This document shows, one piece after another, positions 8,619 to 19,042 of a stretch of 64,000 bases of DNA. Under the pieces are notes generated by a model. The model did not search any database. It was not told where the DNA came from and was given only the letters and a program-made list of their open reading frames with translations. The position numbers were made by a program, and so were the translations under genes. Each line of letters begins with the position of its first letter. Position 1 is the first letter of the stretch. Origin of the DNA: an uncultured Desulfobacterales bacterium (lineage in GTDB: Bacteria; Desulfobacterota; Dissulfuribacteria; Dissulfuribacterales; JALVPX01); assembly GCA_964459155.1 (NCBI GenBank), contig CAYWKF010000007.1, positions 10,671-74,670 of the forward strand, read 5' to 3'.

Positions 8619-9542
8619 ATGGGAAAAACAAATTTTTTCAAACGTCTCAAGGAAAAGATGAACAAGACCCGGCAGGGTTTTGTCCGCCAAATGGATGAAC
8701 TGCTGCTTGGTAAAAGAAAAATAGATGATGAATTGCTGGAAGAACTGGAAGAGGTCCTGGTCATGTCAGACATGGGCGTGGCTACAGTGCAAGAAATCTT
8801 TGATGAAGTCCGCCTGAAAGTAAAAAGGCACGAGCTTGAAGACCCACAGGCTCTCAAAGATGCTATTAAAGAACTCATCAAAACCAAACTCAGGCAGCCG
8901 GCTGGTGATCTTACGTTCAACACCTCTGAAGGGCCTTTTGTTGTACTGGTTGTTGGTGTAAATGGCGTAGGCAAAACCACCACCATCGCCAAACTAGCCT
9001 ACTATTTAAAGCAGCAAGGCAAAAAAGTTTTGCTTGTGGCTGCCGACACATTCAGGGCCGCTGCAATAGAACAGCTGGAAATATGGGGAAAAAGACTTGA
9101 TGTGCCTGTAATAAAGCATGGCCCCAACTCAGACCCCTCTGCAGTTGCCTATGATGGCATGGAGGCTGCCATAAAACGAGGCGTCGATGTGGTAATCGTA
9201 GACACAGCCGGGAGGCTTCATACCAAAGTCAATTTAATGGAGGAACTAAAAAAGATCCGCAGGGTTATGGGCAAAAAAATTCCAGACGCCCCGCATGAGG
9301 TACTGCTGGTGCTTGATGCCACCACCGGGCAGAACGCTCTATCTCAAGCCAAGCTCTTCAATGAAGCCACCCCTATTACAGGCATAGCCCTCACCAAGTT
9401 GGATGGAACTGCCAAAGGCGGCATAGTAGTTAGCATAGTTAATGAGCTGCAGATTCCTGTGAGATTCATTGGAATTGGTGAAAAAATGGAAGACTTGCGT
9501 CCATTCGATCCCAATGAATTTGTAGATGCCCTCTTTGAATAA
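8619..9542 (+). CDS. ftsY: Signal recognition particle receptor FtsY
   Basis: [41 protein letters not shown]; start trimmed to ATG 8619. Confidence 0.97.
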   Translation: MGKTNFFKRLKEKMNKTRQGFVRQMDELLLGKRKIDDELLEELEEVLVMSDMGVATVQEIFDEVRLKVKRHELEDPQALKDAIKELIKTKLRQPAGDLTFNTSEGPFVVLVVGVNGVGKTTTIAKLAYYLKQQGKKVLLVAADTFRAAAIEQLEIWGKRLDVPVIKHGPNSDPSAVAYDGMEAAIKRGVDVVIVDTAGRLHTKVNLMEELKKIRRVMGKKIPDAPHEVLLVLDATTGQNALSQAKLFNEATPITGIALTKLDGTAKGGIVVSIVNELQIPVRFIGIGEKMEDLRPFDPNEFVDALFE

Positions 9543-9589
9543 AGGCTTCGAACGGTGCAAGATATTGTAATTTCCGACAATCTAGCTCT

Positions 9590-10249
9590 TCAAGCCATTT
9601 TTTTTACAAGAATTATAGTTCTCTCATGTCTTAAGATAGGCACAGTGGCCTTGGCCATCTCTATGTTCAGGCCAAGCTTCTGAATCACACTTTTTGCCTT
9701 GCGCGCTTCAGCAACGCCTCTAGGTCCTTTCATTGCCAAAATCATTCCCCTTGAGGACAGTAGCGGCGCTGCAATTAAAATGAGTCGTTCCAGCGATGTC
9801 AATGCCCTTGCGGTTATAACATCAAAGCCTCCTTCTGGCCTTTTCTTTGGTACCCAAGCCTCCCCCACACGGCCATGTTCTGCAGTTATTCCCTTTAAAC
9901 CCAGTGTGACTATGACAGTTTTCAAAAAAGAAACTTTTTTCCTGGTTGCTTCAACCAGCACCACCTTGAGATCAGGCCTGAAAACTTTCACTATCAATCC
10001 AGGAACCCCTGCTCCACTACCTATGTCAAGCATATTTAAAGCAGCTTTGGGGATATATTTCAGTATGGTTAGCGTATCTCCAAGAAAATTCAAAACAAGT
10101 TCTTCAGGATCATCTATTGCCGTGAGATTCGTGACCTTGTTCCACTTTTGCAGCTCTTCAAAATATAGTTTGAGTTGGTGAATGACTTCACGGCGTGGAG
10201 GAACACCAGCTTGCTCAATAAGCCTCTCTATGAGTTTATCAATGGGCAA
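9590..10249 (-). CDS. rsmG: 16S rRNA m7G527 methyltransferase RsmG (start approximate)
   Basis: KWNKVTNLTAI, LDIGSGAGVPGL, VEATRKKVSFL, ITARAL, MKG; TTG 10249 overlaps the dnaB stop (ORF track begins 10357). Confidence 0.9.
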   Translation of the reverse strand: MPIDKLIERLIEQAGVPPRREVIHQLKLYFEELQKWNKVTNLTAIDDPEELVLNFLGDTLTILKYIPKAALNMLDIGSGAGVPGLIVKVFRPDLKVVLVEATRKKVSFLKTVIVTLGLKGITAEHGRVGEAWVPKKRPEGGFDVITARALTSLERLILIAAPLLSSRGMILAMKGPRGVAEARKAKSVIQKLGLNIEMAKATVPILRHERTIILVKKMA

Positions 10250-11639
10250 CTGGTTCTGTGGGCTCAATTGGCTCCCTGGCAAGGTTTGCAAAACATGAGT
10301 AACGCGCCAAGAAAGAGAGTTTAATGGTTCCCGTTGGACCATTTCTCTGTTTCCCAACGATTATTTCAGCTATTCCCTTGTTAGGGTTCTCTTCGCCTTC
10401 CTTGGGCCTGTGGTAAACCTCGTCCCTATAGATAAAGGCGATCACATCTGCATCCTGTTCAATGGCTCCAGATTCACGCAAATCAGACATCTGAGGCCTT
10501 TTATTGGGACGATCTTCCACTTTTCTGTTGAGCTGTGAGAGAGCCACAACCGGCACATTCAGCTCTTTGGCCATTGCCTTCAATGACCGGGAGATTTCGG
10601 AGATTTCTTGTTCCCGTCTTTCTGCATTGTGCCTGCCGCGCATAAGCTGCAAATAATCCACTATCACAAGACCCAAGTTATGTTCGCTTTTGAGTCGCCT
10701 CGCTTTGGCCCTCATTTCCAGCACAGAAAGAGCGGGGGTGTCATCAATAAAAATTTTTGCTTCAAACAATTGATTTGCTGCTCTGATCAACTTAGGCCAG
10801 TCGGATTCAGCAAGAAAGCCCGTGCGGACCTTTTGAGCATTTACCTTTGCCTCTGAACAAAGCATCCTCAGGGCCAGCTGCTCCTTTGACATCTCCAGAG
10901 AGAAAATTGCCACGGGAACACCATGTTCAATGGCTGCATATTGGGCGATATTCAACGCAAAGGCAGTCTTTCCCATGCTTGGCCGCCCGGCAATAATAAT
11001 GAGGTCGGAAGGCTGGAAACCTGCTGTCATATTATCCAGTTCCGTAAAGCCTGTGGGAATTCCAGTTATTAGCTCCTTGCGCTCATAGAGGTCTTCCAAT
11101 TTTTTGATGCTGCTCTTCAAGATGCCCCTAATAGCAGCAAAGGACTGGTTTATCTTCGCCTGAGAAACCTCAAATATGGCTGCCTCAGCAGCCTCAAGCA
11201 CGTCGTCCACTTCGCCTGCTTCTTCATAGGCCATCTCAGCAATGGCAGTGGTCTTTTGAATAAGACGCCTCAAGATTGCCTTGTCACGTACGATCTTGGC
11301 ATAGGCTGTCACATTGAAGGCCATGGGCAGCGTTTCAGACAATTCTGCCAGATAGGCTGGCCCGCCTACTGCGTCAAGTTGTCCCTTGGTCTTGAGGTAA
11401 TTGTGTACAGTTACCAGATCCTGGGGCTCGTTCCTATCAAAGAGGTCAAGTAAAGCTCTGTAAAGGACTGCATGGGCCTCTTTGTAAAAGTCGTCTGGAC
11501 TCAAAAGCTCTATTATCTTGGGAAACACTGAACTGTCCAGGAGGATTCCTCCCAGCACACACTGCTCCGCCTCGATGTTTTGAGGTGGCAGGCGCCAGCC
11601 AGCCTGTTTCTTATTGCCAGTTATATTGCTGATGGCCAT
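10239..11639 (-). CDS. dnaB: Replicative DNA helicase
   Basis: PPQNIEAEQ, AGRPSMGKT, SLEM, VDYLQLM, SQLNR, DLRESGAIEQDAD, KQRNGP. Confidence 0.98.
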   Translation of the reverse strand: MAISNITGNKKQAGWRLPPQNIEAEQCVLGGILLDSSVFPKIIELLSPDDFYKEAHAVLYRALLDLFDRNEPQDLVTVHNYLKTKGQLDAVGGPAYLAELSETLPMAFNVTAYAKIVRDKAILRRLIQKTTAIAEMAYEEAGEVDDVLEAAEAAIFEVSQAKINQSFAAIRGILKSSIKKLEDLYERKELITGIPTGFTELDNMTAGFQPSDLIIIAGRPSMGKTAFALNIAQYAAIEHGVPVAIFSLEMSKEQLALRMLCSEAKVNAQKVRTGFLAESDWPKLIRAANQLFEAKIFIDDTPALSVLEMRAKARRLKSEHNLGLVIVDYLQLMRGRHNAERREQEISEISRSLKAMAKELNVPVVALSQLNRKVEDRPNKRPQMSDLRESGAIEQDADVIAFIYRDEVYHRPKEGEENPNKGIAEIIVGKQRNGPTGTIKLSFLARYSCFANLAREPIEPTEPVAH

Positions 11640-11666
11640 TGAACCGCCTGTTTGGTTTCAAAGCAG

Positions 11667-12122
11667 CTATTCCTGTTCCTCTAAAGGTACAACATGGACC
11701 TTCAGTATCGCCACCAAATCTGGTGCAAGTTTAACCTGCACATCGTAGTCTCCCAATGTTCTGATCGGTTCCCCCAGCTGGATTTTTCTCTTATCCAGGG
11801 AAAAACCTTGTTCCTCCACTGCCTTGGCAATATCCATGGCTGTCACAGAGCCATAAAGCTTTCCTTCCTCACCCACCCGCACCGGCAGGGTAACTTCCAC
11901 TCCATCAAGCTGTGAAGCAAGGGCCTCCAGTTCTTGCAGCTCCTTGGCCGCTCTTTCAAGAATGGCCGCCCTTTGACGCTCCATCTGAGCAAGATTTCTA
12001 GGATCAGCCAAGATGGCCTTTCCATAAGGCAACAAATAATTTCTCGCATAGCCTGGGGCCACATTTACAATATCCCCAGCCTTTCCCAACGAAGAGATGG
12101 TTTCCTTGAGTATCACTTCCAT
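11667..12122 (-). CDS. rplI: 50S ribosomal protein L9
   Basis: MEVIL...LGKAGDIVNVAPGYARNYLLP, KLYGSVT; start trimmed to ATG 12122. Confidence 0.97.
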   Translation of the reverse strand: MEVILKETISSLGKAGDIVNVAPGYARNYLLPYGKAILADPRNLAQMERQRAAILERAAKELQELEALASQLDGVEVTLPVRVGEEGKLYGSVTAMDIAKAVEEQGFSLDKRKIQLGEPIRTLGDYDVQVKLAPDLVAILKVHVVPLEEQE

Positions 12123-12311
12123 TTGAACTGGACCTCCATATATATGCAATTCAAATTCACAGGCCACCTTTTAATATCGGCCTTAGCCCGATGACTGCGC
12201 TCTATTCAAAAAATCCTCATAATATCACAAAACATGTCTACTGTTATGGCCTACTGTCGTTGAACAGAATTACCCAATATCAGAAGTGGCTCACCAGTTT
12301 AACAACTTCTT

Positions 12312-13271
12312 TCAATCAGGTCTGTCATCGCCATTTTCTTCAGGTTCAAACCTCGCCCTAAAGTCGATCCACACGTCTGCAAGTCCTCCAAGAGCTAACA
12401 TCAATAGACCATACCACTGAATAAGTATCAATATATATACAGGCCACTTTACATACCATGGCATGCGCATTTTTTTGATTAAAAAGTTAGCAATTGCAAG
12501 GCCTTGGATAAAATAAAAAAAACCTATTACATAAAGGGCATTTACACCTAAATTTTGATAACCCCCTGGGCCAAAAAGGGCCAGTGCACCAGCGGCTATA
12601 ACAAACCAAACCAGTGCTTCAGGAAATTTCCACTGTTCAAAGTTAGGTACGAAGCAGCTTTTGCCCCAAAAAAGACGGGTGACCAAGGCTGCCACACTTA
12701 CGTTCACAAAGGAAATTGCTGCCAGCGACAGGCCGAAAAAACCTGGGAACAACCTCGTGAGCTCCTTTTTCAGCTGCGGCAACCAGCGTTCCAACTCCTT
12801 TTCACTCCCTGAAATTTGCCCATACTGCCGCAGTGCAGATTCCAACTCCTTGCCCAGAGCGTCCATAAGCCCATTGTACCATGTCACAAAATCGGCCCCA
12901 GCCACCAAGTATATGGACAAGACAAAGGTCCATACTAAAAAAGCAAAACAGGCTAGCAATGTCACAGGGCCGCTCCATGAGCGGCGGCTCCCCTCTGCAA
13001 GCATGGCTGAAATGCCTGTGGCCTGTAGGGTTAAAAGCCCAAGATCCAGATTTCCACTCACCAAACCAAGCCCCAGACTGGCAACCATCACAGCCAATAA
13101 TGCGCCATAGAGCATTGGGGTCCGGAGACCATAAAGTATTCCAAAGCCAAGGGCGGGTGACACTGCAATGAGCATTGGGCCGATTCCTTTAACAAGGCCG
13201 GGGAGAAGTAAAACCGCAAAGGCCGCTGCAACCAGGACTGCACTATTTCTTATCCCCCTCGCTGCAGTCAA
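12312..13271 (-). CDS. YybS/DUF2232-family membrane protein (start approximate)
   Basis: Multi-TM protein between rpsR and rplI; YFIQGLAI and GLADVWIDFR motifs. Confidence 0.8.
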   Translation of the reverse strand: MTAARGIRNSAVLVAAAFAVLLLPGLVKGIGPMLIAVSPALGFGILYGLRTPMLYGALLAVMVASLGLGLVSGNLDLGLLTLQATGISAMLAEGSRRSWSGPVTLLACFAFLVWTFVLSIYLVAGADFVTWYNGLMDALGKELESALRQYGQISGSEKELERWLPQLKKELTRLFPGFFGLSLAAISFVNVSVAALVTRLFWGKSCFVPNFEQWKFPEALVWFVIAAGALALFGPGGYQNLGVNALYVIGFFYFIQGLAIANFLIKKMRMPWYVKWPVYILILIQWYGLLMLALGGLADVWIDFRARFEPEENGDDRPD

Positions 13272-13315
13272 GTCAAAGCCTGAACAAACCCAGCGGTTGG
13301 TGAATATGATCTCGC

Positions 13316-13570
13316 CTAGTCTTGCAAGGCATGGCCAGATGTAAATGGTATCAATGCCATTATTCTGGCCTGCTTTATGGCAGTAGTAAGCCGTCTTTGG
13401 TGTTTTGCACAAGTTCCGGTTATTCGACGAGGCAAGATTTTGCCCCTTTCAGTTATGAAGTGCTTCAGGGTGTCAGGATCTTTGTAATCGATTTTCATTT
13501 GCTTGTCTGCGCAAAACCTGCATACCTTGCGGCGCACATATATTCTTCTTCTATAACGTCCATTGGCCAT
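13316..13570 (-). CDS. rpsR: 30S ribosomal protein S18
   Basis: [30 protein letters not shown]. Confidence 0.98.
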   Translation of the reverse strand: MANGRYRRRIYVRRKVCRFCADKQMKIDYKDPDTLKHFITERGKILPRRITGTCAKHQRRLTTAIKQARIMALIPFTSGHALQD

Positions 13571-13572
13571 GG

Positions 13573-13986
13573 CTATTCACCCTCCTTTTCTACTGTTTCC
13601 GCTGTGGTTACAGACTCGGTTTCCACTGAAGTTGCAGGTTCTGGCTGGGCCGCTTCAACCTTTTCCGGTTCAAATTCATCATCTTTTTTGATGGTCATGA
13701 ATTTGAGAACGTTTTCATCCAGCCTCAGATTGCGCTGCAATTCCGCCACACCTTCCCCAGTGCCGCCATACTCAAGCAATACGTAGTAGCCATGTGTAAA
13801 ATAGCCTTGGGTCTTGCTAGCCACCCGATAAGCCAGCTTTCTCAATGGCCATGGATCAGTTTTGACAATCTGCCCACCATAATCCTTGATGATATTCTGG
13901 TATCTTTCAATGAGGGCTGAACGATCATCGTCATTCAATCCAGGAACTAGAAGGAAAAAAGTTTCATACCAACGAAGTTTATTCAT
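13573..13986 (-). CDS. rpsF: 30S ribosomal protein S6
   Basis: [28 protein letters not shown]; acidic tail; directly upstream of rpsR. Confidence 0.95.
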   Translation of the reverse strand: MNKLRWYETFFLLVPGLNDDDRSALIERYQNIIKDYGGQIVKTDPWPLRKLAYRVASKTQGYFTHGYYVLLEYGGTGEGVAELQRNLRLDENVLKFMTIKKDDEFEPEKVEAAQPEPATSVETESVTTAETVEKEGE

Positions 13987-13991
13987 GAATG

Positions 13992-14053
13992 CCTCCTTAC
14001 GGTCTCCTTTCTCTATTTTGTTTGGCCTAATGCCGCAGCATCAGGCAAGGAGG
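13992..14053 (-). promoter_or_regulatory. Probable S6:S18-binding rpsF leader RNA
   Basis: mRNA-sense CCTCCTT can pair with the SD AAGGAGG; inner hairpin GCCTGATGC-TGCG-GCATTAGGC; CCG just 5' of the SD, as in known rpsF leaders. Confidence 0.6.
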
Positions 14054-14123
14054 AAATAACGGCTCTTCATACAAAACAACTACGTCAAAGTCAATTCTTT
14101 TTCTCTGCAGGCTGGTCTATCTA

Positions 14124-14152
14124 TTGCCTGGGAACCATTATATACCTATCTT
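14124..14152 (+). promoter_or_regulatory. Possible sigma70 promoter of hsp20-lon
   Basis: TTGCCT-17 nt-TATCTT about 40 nt upstream of the hsp20 start. Confidence 0.4.
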
Positions 14153-14193
14153 TTGAATAAAACGAATTCAACTTTCGCGGAGGAAGTGCACTA

Positions 14194-14631
14194 ATGACCA
14201 TGATCAAAATACATTTCGAACGTAAAGTCGTATCCGGTCAAATGCGGGAGGCCTTAAAAAGGCTGTTAGAGGAATTTACTCCGCTTCCTCCGCCAACACT
14301 AGCCATGCCAGGAAGATGGGCACCACCTGTAAATGTTTCACAGGAAGGCGATGAGATCTTCATCGTAGCCGAGTTGTCAGGTGTAGAAAAAGAAGACATC
14401 TCGGTGGTGATACAAGGCCATATCCTGCAAATCAGCGGAGTCCGGAATCTCCCGGAAAGGCGGCACAATTCCCGCTTCCTGCAAATGGAGATAGAGCATG
14501 GCCCATTTGAAAGGATAATAAGGCTTCCTTCTGCTCCTTCAGAGGCAGATGCCTTGTATGAAAACGGCCTGTTGAAAATCAGGTTGAAAAACAAGAAGGA
14601 ACAAGAACCAGTCAAAATCGAGATCAAGTAA
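14194..14631 (+). CDS. Hsp20/alpha-crystallin small heat-shock protein
   Basis: WAPPVNV, AELSGVEKEDI, LQISGVR, EIEHGPFERIIRLP, YENGLLKIRL. Confidence 0.9.
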   Translation: MTMIKIHFERKVVSGQMREALKRLLEEFTPLPPPTLAMPGRWAPPVNVSQEGDEIFIVAELSGVEKEDISVVIQGHILQISGVRNLPERRHNSRFLQMEIEHGPFERIIRLPSAPSEADALYENGLLKIRLKNKKEQEPVKIEIK

Positions 14632-14656
14632 AATTTAAATTTAAAAAGGAGCTGCT

Positions 14657-17023
14657 ATGAGCGGTGAAAATAACATTGTCAAGATAGCAGAACAGGAAAA
14701 TAAGCAGAGTACTGTCAAAGAGTTGCCTATTCTACCAACCCGTCAGATGGTGCTCTTTCCACATATGGTAGTGCCCCTGCTGGTGGAGTCTCCCCAGCAC
14801 GTAAAAATGATTGATGATGTCCTGGCCACTGACCGCACCATTGCCGTGGTAGCTACCAAGGAAGAAAAAGAAGAGGAGGCGTTGAATCTCCATGAAATCG
14901 GAACTATGGCACTCATCCTCCGCATGGCCAAAAATGATGAAGGACATGCAAAGCTGATCCTTCAAGGGGTCACCAGGGTGAGATTGATTGAAGTTACCGA
15001 AAGCGAACCCTATCTCAAGGCAAAAATTGAACCGGTACAGGACATCTCTGCCCACGACATCCAGTCACAAGCCCTTGTGGTCAACATAAGGCAAGTTTTT
15101 TCAAAGGTGTTGGAGCTTTCTCCCAACCTTCCGAGCGAGCTTGGCGCGGTGGTAAAAAATGTGGATGATCCCGGCGTGCTTGCAGATATTGTTGTTAGCC
15201 ACTTGAACGTATCCGCTGACGAAAAGCAGGCGGTTTTGGAGGCCCTCGATGTGAAGGAAAGGCTCGAAAAGGCGCTCCGCATATTGACGCAGCAGTTGGA
15301 AATATTGGAATTGGGCCACAAGATCCAAATCCAGGTGCGGGATCAGATGGACAAGACCCAGAAGGAGTTCTTTCTGCGGGAACAATTAAAAGCCATTAAA
15401 AAAGAACTTGGGGAAGGTAAAGAAGGCGCTGATGAAATAGATGAGCTGCGTGAAAGGCTAAAGGCCAAAAACCTTCCGGAGCAAGCCTTGAAAGAGGCCG
15501 AGCAGGAGCTAGAACGGCTGGCAAAAATGCACCCTGCATCTGCAGAGTATACGGTAGCCAGAACCTACATAGATTGGATTTTGGAGCTTCCCTGGAATGA
15601 GGAGACAGAAGATGACCTCGACCTTGAAAAGGCTCAAAAGATCTTGGATGAAGACCACTATAATCTTGAAAAGGTCAAAAACAGGATCGTTGAATATCTG
15701 GCTGTAAGAAAACTCAAACCAGACGTAAAGGGCCCTATTCTCTGCTTCGCCGGGCCGCCTGGCACTGGGAAGACTTCCCTTGGCAAGTCCATCGCCAGGG
15801 CCCTGGGCAGGAAGTTTCACCGTATAGCCCTGGGAGGTGTGCGGGACGAAGCAGAGATACGAGGCCACAGGCGCACATACGTTGGCGCAATGCCTGGCCG
15901 CATCATTCAAGGCCTCAAAAAGGTGGGAGTCAAAAATCCTGTTTTTATGTTGGATGAAATAGATAAGCTGGGCGCTGACTTCCGAGGAGATCCTTCTTCT
16001 GCACTGCTTGAAGTGCTCGATCCGGAACAAAACTCCACTTTCACTGACAATTATCTTGGGGTGGAATTTGACCTATCGCACATCATCTTTATTGCAACGG
16101 CAAACGTGCTAGAGACCATTCCAGGCCCCCTCCTTGACCGGATGGAGGTTATCGAACTGCCTGGATATATATTGGAAGAAAAACTCGAAATAGCCAGAAA
16201 ATATTTGATTCCAAGACAGCTTGAGGCCCATGGCATTACCAAGCGCAATCTGACCATAGATCGAAGGGCCTTGATCAAGATCATATCCTCATACACAAGG
16301 GAAGCTGGAGTACGCAACCTTGAACGCCAAATAGCCGCCATATGCAGGGCAGTTGCTAAGGAAGTCGCCTTGAACAAGGTTGATAAGATCCATGTGAAGG
16401 CATCCAATCTGGCAGAGTTCTTGGGTCCGCCAAAGTACGAATCGGAGGTGGCTGAACGCACGAAAATACCTGGAGTAGCCACTGGTTTAGCCTGGACACC
16501 CACTGGAGGAGAGATTCTCTTTATAGAGGCTACGAAAATGAAGGGCAAGGGGCGGCTCATACTCACAGGAAAACTTGGGGATGTCATGAAGGAATCCGCC
16601 CAGGCTGCTTTGAGCTACGTACGCTCAAAGGCTGATGATTTGGGCATTCCATACGAGACGTTCGAAGAAAATGACGTACATATCCATGTGCCTTCTGGTG
16701 CCATACCCAAAGATGGACCTTCCGCTGGTGTAGCCATAACCATGGCGTTGATTTCGCTTTTTACTGGACGCCACGTCAACCCGAAGGTTGCCATGACCGG
16801 AGAAATTACTTTGCGCGGTTTGGTTCTTCCGGTGGGTGGCATAAAAGAAAAGTTGCTTGCAGCACACCGGGCCGGGATAAGAGAGGTCTTGCTACCCAAA
16901 AGAAATGCCAAAGACCTCGATGAGCTGCCGGCCCATGTCCGGGAAGACCTTAAAATTCACCTTATATCCAAGATAGACGAAGGTGTGAGCATAGTTTTTC
17001 CCAAGAAACGGAAAAGACCTTGA
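14657..17023 (+). CDS. lon: ATP-dependent Lon protease
   Basis: LON N-domain, GPPGTGKTS, LDEIDK, RRTYVGAMPG, catalytic PKDGPSAG and GGIKEK. Confidence 0.98.
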   Translation: MSGENNIVKIAEQENKQSTVKELPILPTRQMVLFPHMVVPLLVESPQHVKMIDDVLATDRTIAVVATKEEKEEEALNLHEIGTMALILRMAKNDEGHAKLILQGVTRVRLIEVTESEPYLKAKIEPVQDISAHDIQSQALVVNIRQVFSKVLELSPNLPSELGAVVKNVDDPGVLADIVVSHLNVSADEKQAVLEALDVKERLEKALRILTQQLEILELGHKIQIQVRDQMDKTQKEFFLREQLKAIKKELGEGKEGADEIDELRERLKAKNLPEQALKEAEQELERLAKMHPASAEYTVARTYIDWILELPWNEETEDDLDLEKAQKILDEDHYNLEKVKNRIVEYLAVRKLKPDVKGPILCFAGPPGTGKTSLGKSIARALGRKFHRIALGGVRDEAEIRGHRRTYVGAMPGRIIQGLKKVGVKNPVFMLDEIDKLGADFRGDPSSALLEVLDPEQNSTFTDNYLGVEFDLSHIIFIATANVLETIPGPLLDRMEVIELPGYILEEKLEIARKYLIPRQLEAHGITKRNLTIDRRALIKIISSYTREAGVRNLERQIAAICRAVAKEVALNKVDKIHVKASNLAEFLGPPKYESEVAERTKIPGVATGLAWTPTGGEILFIEATKMKGKGRLILTGKLGDVMKESAQAALSYVRSKADDLGIPYETFEENDVHIHVPSGAIPKDGPSAGVAITMALISLFTGRHVNPKVAMTGEITLRGLVLPVGGIKEKLLAAHRAGIREVLLPKRNAKDLDELPAHVREDLKIHLISKIDEGVSIVFPKKRKRP

Positions 17024-17035
17024 GTGCCGCATCTA

Positions 17036-17064
17036 TTGACACCAATTGAAAGCAAGAGTAGCTT
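17036..17064 (+). promoter_or_regulatory. Probable sigma70 promoter of the ffh-rpsP cluster
   Basis: TTGACA (17036-41), 17 nt spacer, TAGCTT (17059-64), 40 nt before the ffh start. Confidence 0.55.
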
Positions 17065-17104
17065 TACTCGGTTCGGTGCCAAATAGATACAAGGTAAGAA
17101 GAAA

Positions 17105-18436
17105 GTGTTTGACAACCTAAGCGGAAGGCTGGATAAAGTATTTAAGCGCCTTAAAGGCTATGGCAAACTCTCTGAAGAAAATATTCAAGAGGGTCTTCGT
17201 GAGGTGCGTCTGGCTCTCCTGGAAGCTGACGTCAACTACAAAGTGGTGAAAGACTTCATTGCCCGTGTAAAGGAGCGCGCCATTGGCCAGGAGGTGATGG
17301 AGAGCCTAACACCAGCCCAGCAAGTTATAAAAATAGTGCATGAAGAGCTTGTTAGGCTCCTGGGTGGCGAAGCCCAGGGACTCAACCTGGCTGGACAGAC
17401 GCCGGCTGTAATCTTGCTGGCCGGTCTTCAAGGCTCTGGTAAAACCACCACTGCCGCTAAATTGGCCCGCTGGCTGAGGCAGAAAAAGCGAAAGCCTTAC
17501 CTTGTGCCAGCGGATGTTTACAGGCCTGCTGCCATCGAACAGCTTCAGACGCTTGGCAAACAGCTCAACATAGAAACACATCCCACAGAGCCGGGTGCCC
17601 GCCCTGTGGATATAGCAAAACAAGCAGTTGGAAAGGCCTCGCTGGCCGGGCTGGATACCGTGATAATAGATACAGCAGGGCGCCTGCATATTGATGACGC
17701 CTTGATGCAGGAGCTTAAGGAAATAAAAGGGGCTGTCAAGCCACAGGAAATACTCCTCGTTGCAGACTCCATGACTGGCCAAGACGCAGTCAACATAGCC
17801 AAAAGTTTTGATGATGAGCTTGGGATAACCGGGGTCGTGCTTACCAAGGTTGAAGGAGATGCCCGAGGCGGGGCGGCATTATCCATCAGATCTGTCACAG
17901 GTAAACCTATAAAGTTCATCGGCACAGGCGAAAAGCTTGATGCTTTAGAGTTATACCATCCAGACAGGATAGCCAACCGCATCCTTGGCATGGGTGATAT
18001 GCTGAGCCTTATCGAGAAGGCTCAAGACACCATAGACAAGAAAAAGGCCCTAGAGCTTCAGAAAAAGTTGAAAAAAGATGGCTTCACCCTGGAAGACTTC
18101 AGGGATCAGCTACGGCAGCTCAGAAAAATGGGAAGTATCGAGCAGATAATGTCTATGATTCCTGGCCTGGCAAACAAAATGAAACAGTTCAAACACATGA
18201 TGCCCGATGAAAAGGAACTCAAAAGGACAGAGGCCATCATCGACTCCATGACCTTGGAGGAAAGACGCAATTACACAATCATAAATGCTAGTCGGAGAAA
18301 ACGCATTGCCAGGGGCAGCGGTACAACCATACAAGATGTGAATCAGCTTTTGAAAAATTACGCACAGATGCAAAAGATGTTGAAAAAAATGCGCAAGTCA
18401 AAGTTTAAATTGCCAAAAGGCCTAATGCCTTTTTGA
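17105..18436 (+). CDS. ffh: Signal recognition particle protein Ffh
   Basis: GLQGSGKTT, DVYRPAA, DTAGRL, M-domain FTLEDF...RRKRIARGSG; GTG start. Confidence 0.98.
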   Translation: MFDNLSGRLDKVFKRLKGYGKLSEENIQEGLREVRLALLEADVNYKVVKDFIARVKERAIGQEVMESLTPAQQVIKIVHEELVRLLGGEAQGLNLAGQTPAVILLAGLQGSGKTTTAAKLARWLRQKKRKPYLVPADVYRPAAIEQLQTLGKQLNIETHPTEPGARPVDIAKQAVGKASLAGLDTVIIDTAGRLHIDDALMQELKEIKGAVKPQEILLVADSMTGQDAVNIAKSFDDELGITGVVLTKVEGDARGGAALSIRSVTGKPIKFIGTGEKLDALELYHPDRIANRILGMGDMLSLIEKAQDTIDKKKALELQKKLKKDGFTLEDFRDQLRQLRKMGSIEQIMSMIPGLANKMKQFKHMMPDEKELKRTEAIIDSMTLEERRNYTIINASRRKRIARGSGTTIQDVNQLLKNYAQMQKMLKKMRKSKFKLPKGLMPF

Positions 18437-18483
18437 CAGTTGAGCCAAAAATTTTGAGTAAATGATTTAGGAGGATATTCGAT

Positions 18484-18732
18484 ATGGCAATCAAGATTAG
18501 ACTCACCCGGGGAGGCCGTAAGAAAAAACCATTCTACCGGGTGGTGGCATCAGACGTTCAATCGCCAAGAGATGGACGATTCTTGGAGATCCTTGGAACC
18601 TACGATCCACTGAAAGATCCCGCTGACTTCAAGATTGACAGAGAAAAACTCAACAAGTGGCTGAACCGTGGGGCAGAACCCACCGATACAGTACGGAGCC
18701 TTCTCAAAAAATCTGGACTGCTTGCTGGTTGA
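18484..18732 (+). CDS. rpsP: 30S ribosomal protein S16
   Basis: [36 protein letters not shown]. Confidence 0.98.
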   Translation: MAIKIRLTRGGRKKKPFYRVVASDVQSPRDGRFLEILGTYDPLKDPADFKIDREKLNKWLNRGAEPTDTVRSLLKKSGLLAG

Positions 18733-18802
18733 GGTGGCCTCTTGCCCCAAAAAGTATTATTATTTGTGAAGAGATTAATTTGGCAAGTGGAGGTGGCCAG
18801 TT

Positions 18803-19033
18803 ATGAAGGAGCTAGTTGAATACATTGCTAAGGCATTGGTCGATCATCCAGAAGAGGTGAAGGTTAGCGAAGTAGCCGGTGAGCAGACGAGCGTCATTGA
18901 ACTCAAGGTCGCTAAAGATGATTTAGGAAAAATCATCGGCAAGCAGGGCAGGACTGCAAGGGCCATCCGGACGATCCTGAGCGCTGCATCCACAAAGCTC
19001 AGAAAAAAATCGGTGCTTGAGATACTGGAATAA
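18803..19033 (+). CDS. khpA: KH-domain RNA-binding protein KhpA
   Basis: [30 protein letters not shown]; between rpsP and rimM. Confidence 0.92.
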   Translation: MKELVEYIAKALVDHPEEVKVSEVAGEQTSVIELKVAKDDLGKIIGKQGRTARAIRTILSAASTKLRKKSVLEILE

Positions 19034-19042
19034 CCTTCCTGG

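Noticed and set aside
14112-14128. Possible sigma54 promoter (GG-N10-GC) before hsp20
   Set aside because: The -24 element is TGGTCT rather than TGGCAC, and a better sigma70 match overlaps it.
15509-16911. Long antisense ORFs opposite lon, and similar ones opposite ffh, rny, atpA, atpD and the DUF748 gene
   Set aside because: Shadow ORFs of well-conserved genes with no recognisable motifs.
17031-17091. Imperfect inverted repeat upstream of ffh considered as SRP RNA
   Set aside because: Lacks the 4.5S helix-8 motif (CAGG...GGAAGCAG) and overlaps the predicted ffh promoter; at most a lon 3' hairpin.
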